From positions 1 through 27,433 of the IMG/VR virus record IMGVR_UViG_3300012665_001197: a stretch of DNA of 27,433 bases; one strand, given 5' to 3'. This document shows positions 7,863 to 15,819 of the stretch, in pieces. The DNA comes from a virus. Its lineage: Duplodnaviria > Caudoviricetes. Position numbers and translations under genes: made by a program. The notes beneath the pieces were generated by a model, which ran no database searches, was not told the DNA's origin, and was given only the letters and a program-made list of their open reading frames with translations. The stretch's first letter is position 1. Every line of letters starts with the position of its first letter.

Positions 7863-8566
7863 TATTTCCATTCTTTAATCTTTGACATACGACCTGCCCA
7901 AGATTTCAAAATTACCGTATTCTGTGCATTTTTATCTACCACTTTTCTCAGGTCTGTAGACAATGAAATGCGTAGGTCATCAGATTTGTTTTCATCAACA
8001 CCGTGTAAGACATAATTAGGGAAAAAAATCAAACGACCCTCAACTGGTTTGAATCTTCGTTCACGTAAATTTGGTGTGCTACTCAAAGTGTTATTTAACC
8101 AATCAATAGCATGTGCAGAATCAAACGCCACAAGGTCACCACAACCTTCTTTGGCCTTAATATAGTATGTTGCTGCAATTGCAGATTCAGTGTGACCATG
8201 CACCTCTAGGCGTTCTCCAGGTTCACGCACATTGACCCAACCCATAAAGTGTTCGCAACCACGAATGTTCAACATCCTCAACTGTGGAATATTCTGAACA
8301 ATTTTCTTGGTTACTATGTCTATAATTTCTTGTTTGAGTATATCTAGATTTGGACGGCTGTAGTCCCATATACTGTTGCTTGGGTCCTTATCTTTACCCA
8401 ATGCGATATCTTTACCAATACCATAAATTTCATCCAATAGAGTTTCATTGAATTGCTCATCAAATTTGGTTTGCACTTCCCAGATTGGACTTTGCCAAAA
8501 CATATTCTGTGCATTTTGATACCAATGATAGCGGTCCCTATCTTCTTTTGTCATAATATTTTGCAT
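7862..8566 (-). CDS. 2OG-Fe(II) oxygenase (TIGR02466-like)
   Basis: WVNV..PG....VHGH, YY, P.EG.LIFFP.Y..HGV..N.....RIS.S. Confidence 0.8.
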   Translation of the reverse strand: MQNIMTKEDRDRYHWYQNAQNMFWQSPIWEVQTKFDEQFNETLLDEIYGIGKDIALGKDKDPSNSIWDYSRPNLDILKQEIIDIVTKKIVQNIPQLRMLNIRGCEHFMGWVNVREPGERLEVHGHTESAIAATYYIKAKEGCGDLVAFDSAHAIDWLNNTLSSTPNLRERRFKPVEGRLIFFPNYVLHGVDENKSDDLRISLSTDLRKVVDKNAQNTVILKSWAGRMSKIKEWK

Positions 8567-8575
8567 AATAAAAAA

Positions 8576-8953
8576 TCAATAGTTTTGTTTTTCAAACCAT
8601 TCTTTAAATTCTCTTAGGTGATTCAGTTTCAACTCATATTCTTCATCAGTATAATCTTCATCTCTTGGTAAAGATATGAAATATTCATATTCTTCTTTCG
8701 GATTTCTCACTCTTTCTTCATTCCAACCTGGATCAGCAAAATTTATAATATGTTGATCCATCAGTTTATCTATAGTTTCTCTAAAATGATATGACATATA
8801 GAAAAACCTTTCTTTTTGTTCTTCCGTAAGACGGTTAATCCTTTCGATATGATTTTTTTTCATATAATTTGTTAGAACAAAAAAATCATATAAAATATTA
8901 TCACCTTCAAAATTTTTTATGGTTTGTTGGTATGTATAGCTATATTCTTTCAT
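8576..8953 (-). CDS. hypothetical protein in modification cluster
   Basis: ATGA overlap with upstream stop; helical, charged and aromatic-rich. Confidence 0.65.
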   Translation of the reverse strand: MKEYSYTYQQTIKNFEGDNILYDFFVLTNYMKKNHIERINRLTEEQKERFFYMSYHFRETIDKLMDQHIINFADPGWNEERVRNPKEEYEYFISLPRDEDYTDEEYELKLNHLREFKEWFEKQNY

Positions 8954-9243
8954 CTTTTGTCCAACCATATTTTATAATTTCGTACAAGTTCGTTGTCAAC
9001 ACCATCTCTTAATAATTTTGGTAAAAAGATAGATGATTTTAACAAACCATCACCGTCAAGGACCGCATGAACATCTTCAAAATCTGTTAGCAATTCATAG
9101 ACACGCTCTTTTTCTTCCTGCGTCATGTTATTAAATACAGTTAAACTAACAGTATTGTAAAAATTAGCTAAATGTTCATCAACCAAATCCCCAACAGGAT
9201 TCATTAAAACTTTAACCGGTCTTTTAGTGGAATACGTTGGCAT
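8950..9243 (-). CDS. hypothetical protein in modification cluster
   Basis: TGATG overlap with the Cys-rich gene stop. Confidence 0.65.
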   Translation of the reverse strand: MPTYSTKRPVKVLMNPVGDLVDEHLANFYNTVSLTVFNNMTQEEKERVYELLTDFEDVHAVLDGDGLLKSSIFLPKLLRDGVDNELVRNYKIWLDKR

Positions 9244-10265
9244 CAAACTACCTTTTTATTTGGTATAAATTTCTCAATAAAACGGCCTAGTTCGGCAATA
9301 AGTTTAAACATAACGAAAATTACAACAAGGCCCGCACCTTTTAGGAAACCAGGTTCTTTCTTACTTGGTCCAAACCAACGTTGCCATACACCAATAACTT
9401 TACAGATTGGTATACCAAATGCAAACATCATCTTACCTGTAAGACTACCCGTTTCTTTTTCGCCCATGATGTATGCCATTTCTTCAGCCCAAGGTGTTGC
9501 AATATCATGTGCCCATGTAATAGACCACTTCTTAGCAGCTTCACTGAATTCTTCATCTGACATCCAAGGCATCATCTTAGGACCTTTGCCGTCCATCCAA
9601 TCAACAACAATCTCAGCCCATGCACGATAACCATTGTAGATATCTGGATTGGTTTGTATCAATCTTTCACCAAATGCTTGGTCTGCCTCAAATATGTTTT
9701 TCTTCATTAAACCAAGGTCAAACAACTTGGTACAAATAATCTTAGAACAATTACAATTAATATTGAAACAGTTTTGGTTAGCATTACAGTTATATACTGG
9801 TGCTGTGGCCAATTGACAATTACCGGCTTGCAACCATTTGTTTCTATCACAATTTACACAATTTGCCAAAGCAGAACAATTTGCTGTTGCTGAACAATTA
9901 ACTGGAGTTGAACCAGTTTTAGTGTTTGTTGCAGTAGAACATTGTCCGGTTGATTGGGCATTACAATTTAGTGTTGCGCCGTTGTTGGAGTTGTTACAGT
10001 TGCCGGCATCATTTTTCTGATAGTATTTTAAACCACCACGGAATACATCTAAATTTGGTTGTGATGGTCTCAGTGGATTTGGTGGTGTCACAGCATTAGT
10101 ACCAGCTGGTACAACAGGCACAAGACCACTACAGTTGAGTGTAGTGGTACCGTCAGGTTTAAGATACGTGTTTATGAAATTGAAATCAACTGAGGTGTTG
10201 GTTGCTCCAACTTCTGCATTTATGTTTGAAACTCCAATCGCACTATTTTTATCTGGTGTTGCCAT
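9243..10265 (-). CDS. Asn-Cys-repeat protein with C-terminal KIICT domain; candidate substrate/precursor of neighbouring enzymes
   Basis: 13 Cys before residue 175, 12 of them as N-C dipeptides; C-terminal helical domain ending in hydrophobic segments. Confidence 0.75.
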   Translation of the reverse strand: MATPDKNSAIGVSNINAEVGATNTSVDFNFINTYLKPDGTTTLNCSGLVPVVPAGTNAVTPPNPLRPSQPNLDVFRGGLKYYQKNDAGNCNNSNNGATLNCNAQSTGQCSTATNTKTGSTPVNCSATANCSALANCVNCDRNKWLQAGNCQLATAPVYNCNANQNCFNINCNCSKIICTKLFDLGLMKKNIFEADQAFGERLIQTNPDIYNGYRAWAEIVVDWMDGKGPKMMPWMSDEEFSEAAKKWSITWAHDIATPWAEEMAYIMGEKETGSLTGKMMFAFGIPICKVIGVWQRWFGPSKKEPGFLKGAGLVVIFVMFKLIAELGRFIEKFIPNKKVV

Positions 10266-10294
10266 TTTTCTCTATCTTTAAAAGTTGTTATTGT

Positions 10295-10301
10295 TATTTA
10301 G
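10295..10301 (-). promoter_or_regulatory. late-promoter variant CTAAATA
   Basis: overlaps the rSAM stop codon, 30 nt upstream of ATG 10265. Confidence 0.5.
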
Positions 10302-11749
10302 GTTTCTAAACGAGATTTACCATACACCGCAACATCATCAACTGTACCAACAATTTCTTTAACCACCTTGATTGGTATGATTTTTTTCTGTTTTTCTTCT
10401 TCGTGTTTGAAAACGGTACCAAAAACATCTTGTCTATCAAGTGGCAACGTATCACTTTTAATGATTGATGGTGTGTAACCATTTGTTATCATAGTGAATG
10501 CTGCAGCAAACAAAGCCACATTATCTGAATATGCATTGGCACACGAAATGTCCCAAAATTTTTCGTCCAAGAACATACATGCACCTTTACACATATGCAA
10601 TACTGGACATTCTGGACATTCTTTACGATTAGACCAATGTGTGACAGATTTCAACTCAACATTTGAGTAGTCATCTAACGTGCCGCCATGATGTGATTCA
10701 CCGTTCTTTGATATTTCCAAAGAACTTACGTTTTGACAAGTCATTACGTTACCACGTAGGTCAACCGAAATGGTATGTTCGTCATCCATACCACATTTTT
10801 GGCCCAAATATTTAGATTCTATATGATTCAAAACACGATTTGAAAAATCTTGTATTTTACCCAATTGGCCTATAAAACCTATTTTAGTACCGTTGGCATA
10901 TAATTCACCAAAAGCACGTTGTCTAAAATCAAAATGTTCTTGTTTTGTAATTAGTGAGTTTGAAATACCTTCTTCATCATAGGCATCAACCAATGATCCT
11001 TCACCAAGTACAACATTTTCATCGCCAGTAAGATTTACAAACCAATCATAAATTTCTTTTCTACTTTGGTTTTTAGAATTCAACATAGCGTTAAAACTAA
11101 ATGGTTTACCTAGTCTTGTTTGCATACGATAGAAACCGATAATACGTTCTTTTTGTTCAGGATCATCAAATGGATCAGGACCACGAACAAATTGACCAGG
11201 ACCGTCATGTGAAATTGACACACCAAAATCCATCATCATTAACCAATCAATGATTTCATCTGTTAATATGGAACCGTTGGTGATAATACTAAACCTTGGT
11301 TTGGTTTTCCAATCCTTGAATTTCTCTGCAATGGCCTCTGCCAAAGGTTTCATGGTTTTCCAATAAACCAGTGGTTCACCACCCCAAAATTCAATTCTCA
11401 AACCAACATCTTCATCAAAATGCAAAACTTCCAACTTTTCCATAAAAGCATCGATATCTTTTTTGGATGTTTCCGGTTGACGCTCGACAAACTTTTGTGA
11501 ACAATAATCACACGAATAATTACAACTCAAACCCATTTGAATTTTTAAATGGCTGATTAATTTAGATTTTTTGAGTGGTCGATTTTTATCGAAAGCCTTA
11601 TAAGGCTTTTCCAAAACGTCCCATCTTTGTTCTTCTGGATATTCAAAAATGTCACCATTAGAATTTTTCAACACATTGGCCATGTTGTCATAGAAAAAAA
11701 CTTGTTTATCACCATCAGCAATTCTTGTGGCATGAATTTCAAAAATCAT
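10298..11749 (-). CDS. radical SAM/SPASM domain protein (peptide/protein maturase type)
   Basis: CNYSCDYC, FWGGEP, ITNG, SISHDG; SPASM motifs KCG...VDLRGNVMTC and CPECPVLHMCKGAC...C. Confidence 0.9.
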   Translation of the reverse strand: MIFEIHATRIADGDKQVFFYDNMANVLKNSNGDIFEYPEEQRWDVLEKPYKAFDKNRPLKKSKLISHLKIQMGLSCNYSCDYCSQKFVERQPETSKKDIDAFMEKLEVLHFDEDVGLRIEFWGGEPLVYWKTMKPLAEAIAEKFKDWKTKPRFSIITNGSILTDEIIDWLMMMDFGVSISHDGPGQFVRGPDPFDDPEQKERIIGFYRMQTRLGKPFSFNAMLNSKNQSRKEIYDWFVNLTGDENVVLGEGSLVDAYDEEGISNSLITKQEHFDFRQRAFGELYANGTKIGFIGQLGKIQDFSNRVLNHIESKYLGQKCGMDDEHTISVDLRGNVMTCQNVSSLEISKNGESHHGGTLDDYSNVELKSVTHWSNRKECPECPVLHMCKGACMFLDEKFWDISCANAYSDNVALFAAAFTMITNGYTPSIIKSDTLPLDRQDVFGTVFKHEEEKQKKIIPIKVVKEIVGTVDDVAVYGKSRLET

Positions 11750-11776
11750 TGTATTTCCTCTTAAATATTGAGTAAT

Positions 11777-11783
11777 TATTTAT
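11777..11783 (-). promoter_or_regulatory. late promoter ATAAATA
   Basis: intergenic between phoH stop and rSAM SD (GAGG). Confidence 0.6.
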
Positions 11784-11784
11784 C

Positions 11785-12549
11785 CTAATAACCAAGTTCT
11801 TCACAGGCCACGATCCATTGTTTTACTAGACTGGAACGAACGATATCGTCTGGAGTAAAGTAAATTTCTTGAAAAGATGGCATTTTACGTGCCACTTCCA
11901 GAAAACTATGGAATGCTGTTTGGTCTTTGTTACTTTTAATTAAATCTGTTTGTTTAAAATCACCTGAAAATATAATTTTAGACCTGTGTCCGACACGGGT
12001 AATAATTGTATTCACCTCTGACCAGTTTAAATTCTGGTTCTCATCTACAATAATGATAGCATCATCAATAGAAATACCACGTATAGCAGTAGTTGATATG
12101 AATCGAACATGACCTTGTTCCTTTAATCTGTCCCACGCATCAGAACGGCCAAACAAAGTGGTCGCAATCTCTTTATAAGGCAGTTCATAAATTTCTTGTT
12201 TCTCATCCAGATTACCTGGTAGATAACCAACATCACGTAATTGAACAAGAGAACGCACAACTACCACTTGTTTGAATGAATTGGATTTATCCAATACTTC
12301 TTCTAGTGCCTTGTATAGTGCCAAAAAAGTTTTGCCTACTCCAGGACTACCAAATAGTCCCATAAAGTAGGCACCGCCTTTATACATTTCAAAAAATAAT
12401 CTTTGATTCTCCGTTAATGGTTCAAAGGTTTTTAGATGGTCCGGTTTAATCTTCAATGAATTACTTACTGCTGGTTGATGCCTAGTCTTTTGTTCATCAT
12501 CCTGTAATTGTTCCGCTGCGTATCTGGCTGTTGTTTTTTTTGTAACCAT
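11785..12549 (-). CDS. phoH: PhoH-family protein
   Basis: GSPGVGKTFLA Walker A, VRS, GYLPG, RG.SIDDA.IIVDE.QN, TRVG..SKIIF.GD..Q.DL, DIVRS.LVK. Confidence 0.93.
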   Translation of the reverse strand: MVTKKTTARYAAEQLQDDEQKTRHQPAVSNSLKIKPDHLKTFEPLTENQRLFFEMYKGGAYFMGLFGSPGVGKTFLALYKALEEVLDKSNSFKQVVVVRSLVQLRDVGYLPGNLDEKQEIYELPYKEIATTLFGRSDAWDRLKEQGHVRFISTTAIRGISIDDAIIIVDENQNLNWSEVNTIITRVGHRSKIIFSGDFKQTDLIKSNKDQTAFHSFLEVARKMPSFQEIYFTPDDIVRSSLVKQWIVACEELGY

Positions 12550-12688
12550 CAATTCCCCTTTGAAATAATGCTGAAACTTTTTTGTCAGAATCGGGTTTCT
12601 TTTTCTTCCGATTCTTGTTTGAATTCTTTACTTGAGGTTTCTCCTCAATTTTCTTTTTCGGTAGAAATAAGGCAGGTATTTGAGCCAT
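12497..12688 (-). CDS. small Lys-rich hypothetical protein
   Basis: TAATG-coupled to upstream gene; overlaps phoH start by ~50 nt. Confidence 0.45.
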   Translation of the reverse strand: MAQIPALFLPKKKIEEKPQVKNSNKNRKKKKPDSDKKVSALFQRGIDGYKKNNSQIRSGTITG

Positions 12689-12966
12689 TACCACTCTCTC
12701 TGCATCTTGGTCTTATGACCACTCTTAATCGTATTTCCAGGTACGGTTTCTTTCATACGATTGATGACATACTTTTCGAATGTGGAATCTGCCTTACCAG
12801 TTCCTGGTGTGTCCATACGCATACCATCACCAAGGCCTGGAATGCCATCGGCTGTGAAATATCGTTCTAAGTGGGGATTGTTTTTTTTAAACTCATCATA
12901 CTCTGCAAGGCGCATCGTATGTTCTTCAATTTCACCTGTATTCTTATTCAAAAATGTATAAATCAT
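12688..12966 (-). CDS. conserved T4-like hypothetical protein
   Basis: Y.F.N..TGE..E..M...E...F...NP pattern seen upstream of phoH in T4-like phages. Confidence 0.7.
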   Translation of the reverse strand: MIYTFLNKNTGEIEEHTMRLAEYDEFKKNNPHLERYFTADGIPGLGDGMRMDTPGTGKADSTFEKYVINRMKETVPGNTIKSGHKTKMQREW

Positions 12967-13523
12967 GCGGTTTGATACCAGCTTGGTACTGGTCGTGAGT
13001 TAAATTTTCCTTGCCAAGAAGCAAGGTGCGTCTTATTATTTATATAGTAATTACGATATGACGCAATAGAGTCACCTGCCACTTTTACATCGTCAGGCAT
13101 GGCAGGTGTTGGTTCGGTGAACGGTGCATGAGCAGGAATATTCATTGGTGGATACATCAATTCTTCTTCAAGACCATTACGTTCAACTTTGTGAACTTTA
13201 CCATAACGATAGGTATATTCTTTGCATAATTCTGTCAACAATTTAGACAACCAAACATAATTTGCATAAGACTGCCTGCACCATATTGCTGAAGGATGGT
13301 TGATATGAGTAGCAGAATAAAGCACAGATTCACGGTTGTCAGGAAGAACATATCGAGTTTGTTTTCGACCAGTTTTAGACAAGCCAACAGATTCAGTACC
13401 ATCAAGCACACGATGAGCAGTAGAAAGTAGTTGAGCATATTCGAGAATCATTTTAATGCAATGTTTATCATTGTGCATTTCTGCACACACTTTGGGGTCA
13501 TTATGTAGATAAAAAATGTTCAT
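12963..13523 (-). CDS. pyrimidine dimer DNA glycosylase-like protein
   Basis: MNIFYL..DP..CA..H.DKH..KMILE.AQLLSTAH, THINHPS..W, EY..RYGK.H. Confidence 0.75.
   Translation of the reverse strand: MNIFYLHNDPKVCAEMHNDKHCIKMILEYAQLLSTAHRVLDGTESVGLSKTGRKQTRYVLPDNRESVLYSATHINHPSAIWCRQSYANYVWLSKLLTELCKEYTYRYGKVHKVERNGLEEELMYPPMNIPAHAPFTEPTPAMPDDVKVAGDSIASYRNYYINNKTHLASWQGKFNSRPVPSWYQTA
13037..13044 (-). promoter_or_regulatory. intragenic late promoter TATAAATA
   Basis: exact match ~70 nt upstream of ATG 12966. Confidence 0.5.
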
Positions 13524-13527
13524 GTTG

Positions 13528-13677
13528 TCACCAGTGACGGATTACTCCGGCAATAATAAAAAGGTTGGTTATGATGTATGATAACACAATAACAGTCCGG
13601 ATGCAAGCGATTTTGTTTGCCTCGCTGTCATTATTGCCACTTTTCTCACCTAACGCTTTACACCACAGGCGCCACAT
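13528..13677 (-). CDS. 49-aa small membrane protein (absent from ORF track)
   Basis: MWRLWCKALGEKSGNNDSEANKIACIRTVIVLSYIITNLFIIAGVIRHW*; fills the intergenic gap. Confidence 0.75.
   Translation of the reverse strand: MWRLWCKALGEKSGNNDSEANKIACIRTVIVLSYIITNLFIIAGVIRHW
13578..13606 (-). promoter_or_regulatory. sigma70-type promoter inside small ORF
   Basis: TTGCAT-17-TATCAT with extended TG. Confidence 0.45.
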
Positions 13678-13689
13678 ACGATATTATAC

Positions 13690-13977
13690 TCATGTTAACA
13701 TCCTAATCAATCCAATAGTGTCAATAGTTGTCAACAAGATGTAATTGGCCAACATACCGAAAGATTTCCGAGTATAAGCAGCCCAAGCATACATGGCACA
13801 ACCAGCAATCCACACAGGATACAAAGCCAAAAGAGGAGGATTTGGTACGGTGACTGCCATGGTAATTGAGCAGCCAATACTAACAGCCCAAGCCAACAAC
13901 TCAACAATAAACCGTAAGCGATTAGAACGCCAGTCATCTTTAATCCAGCGTATTGTCGGTGCCAGTATTTGTTCCAT
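13690..13977 (-). CDS. small multi-pass membrane protein
   Basis: three hydrophobic segments; SD GAGG. Confidence 0.7.
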   Translation of the reverse strand: MEQILAPTIRWIKDDWRSNRLRFIVELLAWAVSIGCSITMAVTVPNPPLLALYPVWIAGCAMYAWAAYTRKSFGMLANYILLTTIDTIGLIRMLT

Positions 13978-14170
13978 AAAATTCCTCATCTGGCACTACA
14001 TCCAATGTACCGTTAATTTGAAAACCACAACCTTCTAAGAACATTTGAAATTCTTCCAAAATATCATTCAAAGTCACAGCATTGGTTGTATGTGTGACTG
14101 TGCGAGTAGTTTCGTAAGTTTGTTTCAGTTTGAATTCAAGTTCCATAGAATGATCCAAAATAAATTTCAT
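13940..14170 (-). CDS. hypothetical protein
   Basis: L..ILE.F..FL.GCGF...G.L pattern; tightly packed. Confidence 0.7.
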   Translation of the reverse strand: MKFILDHSMELEFKLKQTYETTRTVTHTTNAVTLNDILEEFQMFLEGCGFQINGTLDVVPDEEFYGTNTGTDNTLD

Positions 14171-14482
14171 TTATTCACCAAATTTAGGGATTTCAATATC
14201 TTCTGATTTTTTGGTTTTCTTAGCTGGTGCTTCTGCTGGTGCTGAAACTTTAGGGAAACGGCGTGCAATATCTTCAGCAGTAACAGTTTGCATAGCAAAT
14301 TGTTTAAACTGGTCATAACTATCTGTGACACGCATTGCATTTTTAGAATTCATACCTGCACCATCAATAGTAAACAATGCACAACCACCCGAGGCCAATG
14401 GTGCAATTTCAATGATGTGGTCCAAATTAACAATAACTGGACAACCTTTTTCAACAGAATTAACTTCAACAAATAAACTCAT
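14171..14482 (-). CDS. hypothetical protein
   Basis: SD AAGGAG; 103 aa. Confidence 0.7.
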   Translation of the reverse strand: MSLFVEVNSVEKGCPVIVNLDHIIEIAPLASGGCALFTIDGAGMNSKNAMRVTDSYDQFKQFAMQTVTAEDIARRFPKVSAPAEAPAKKTKKSEDIEIPKFGE

Positions 14483-14491
14483 AGTGACTCC

Positions 14492-14737
14492 TTATTTTCT
14501 ATCACAATCTTCCACACGAATCAAATATACTGTTTTCTCTGCGTGTGGCCTCACAAAGAAACATTCACCTTTAATTGACCAAACCAAATGGTTTTGAATA
14601 CCATCTTTAAACTCTTTCAACTCTTGTGCTTCTTGCTTTGCATAGAATGCCATAACAAGAAAGAAACATACCATGAAGGCAATGTAACTAACGATGTACC
14701 AAAAATTGGTTTTTAACCAAGTCAAAACGTTTTTCAT
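14492..14737 (-). CDS. hypothetical membrane-anchored protein
   Basis: N-terminal TM segment; ATGA overlap. Confidence 0.65.
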   Translation of the reverse strand: MKNVLTWLKTNFWYIVSYIAFMVCFFLVMAFYAKQEAQELKEFKDGIQNHLVWSIKGECFFVRPHAEKTVYLIRVEDCDRK

Positions 14738-14973
14738 ATTTTTCCCATTGATAAAAGTAGATTATACACTGCGGTGCCAATAAAGGCAACTGCACATATA
14801 AAAAATGCCAGTTTGATAGATTCTTCCTGATAGTATTCAACCTCATTTTTAATCATGTCCCGTTGCGCCAGGATCATCGGTGGTGCTTCACGTTCACCAC
14901 CAAGCATATAGACAGTCTTTTCGGATTCCTTCAACCTACGCAAGGCTGACACATAATGTATAAAACTTATCAT
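14734..14973 (-). CDS. hypothetical protein with C-terminal TM
   Basis: TGATG overlap. Confidence 0.6.
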   Translation of the reverse strand: MISFIHYVSALRRLKESEKTVYMLGGEREAPPMILAQRDMIKNEVEYYQEESIKLAFFICAVAFIGTAVYNLLLSMGKI

Positions 14974-15155
14974 CAACAAGTCACCTTATATGGTGGTCCA
15001 TAGGGGTCTGGTTGATACGGTGCAGGTCGTGATGCAAGATGATTTACCAATTCTCGCAAGTATTCATTTTCTTTTTTAAGTTCTTCGAACTCAGCAAGAC
15101 GGAGTTTAATCTCAGCCATTTCTTTTTCCATTTTTTCTAACATAGTAACAATCAT
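14973..15155 (-). CDS. small coiled-coil hypothetical protein
   Basis: heptad-like stretch; start uncertain. Confidence 0.55.
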   Translation of the reverse strand: MIVTMLEKMEKEMAEIKLRLAEFEELKKENEYLRELVNHLASRPAPYQPDPYGPPYKVTC

Positions 15156-15156
15156 A

Positions 15157-15819
15157 TTAGTCCCACAATGCTTGATAATATCTACCGAACAAACGCAAAC
15201 CATTGTTGATGCGTTCTTGGTGTTTGGTGCGGTTTTCCCAATCTATCTCATATGTATGATTAGGTCCATGACGCATTTCAGTGTACTTGTGGACACCTTT
15301 AGGTACTTCATTGCCTTCCACATCAACAGGCACAAATTCATAATCGGCAACACCAGAAGTGTATTGTTCTTCCCAATCATAAGTTGGTTGTAGTTGTTCA
15401 AAGGTCCAAATCATTTCATCCATGACCCAATCCCAACGCTTAAAGTGATTGGCGTCAGTATCATACTCATTTACTTTTGGTGGTGCTGATGTAGATTTCA
15501 ATTCTTCGGGTACATCAGAATCATCAACATTTGGTGCACCGTGTTTAGTGGCTTGCAACTGTTTCAACAAAGGCAAAATGATTGGCGACAATGTGCCATC
15601 CATATTCCATGAATCCCATTTGTCAATCTTCACATAACGAATTTGTGGATGAATAAAGTCCAGAAACTTCATCCATGATGTTGACAGTGGCATCAAACGG
15701 TTAGACCACTTTTCAATCAATGGTTCATCATAGTCAATCTCACGCCAAAAGATAATTTTCTCCAAAATTGTATATGGAGAAATCCAGTGGTTACGATAAT
15801 TAGAAAAATAAATCTTCAT
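15157..15819 (-). CDS. conserved phage hypothetical protein
   Basis: 220 aa, Trp-rich, ends G.RLFG.YY..LWD. Confidence 0.75.
   Translation of the reverse strand: MKIYFSNYRNHWISPYTILEKIIFWREIDYDEPLIEKWSNRLMPLSTSWMKFLDFIHPQIRYVKIDKWDSWNMDGTLSPIILPLLKQLQATKHGAPNVDDSDVPEELKSTSAPPKVNEYDTDANHFKRWDWVMDEMIWTFEQLQPTYDWEEQYTSGVADYEFVPVDVEGNEVPKGVHKYTEMRHGPNHTYEIDWENRTKHQERINNGLRLFGRYYQALWD

Noticed and set aside
9700-9760. Intein/Hint domain at the N-C / KIIC junction
   Set aside because: No Hint block B (TxxH) or terminal HN motif is visible, and the downstream domain looks helical.
10298-11749. Anaerobic sulfatase maturase, PqqE or QueE
   Set aside because: No sulfatase, pqq or que genes are present; the adjacent Cys-rich ORF is the more parsimonious substrate.
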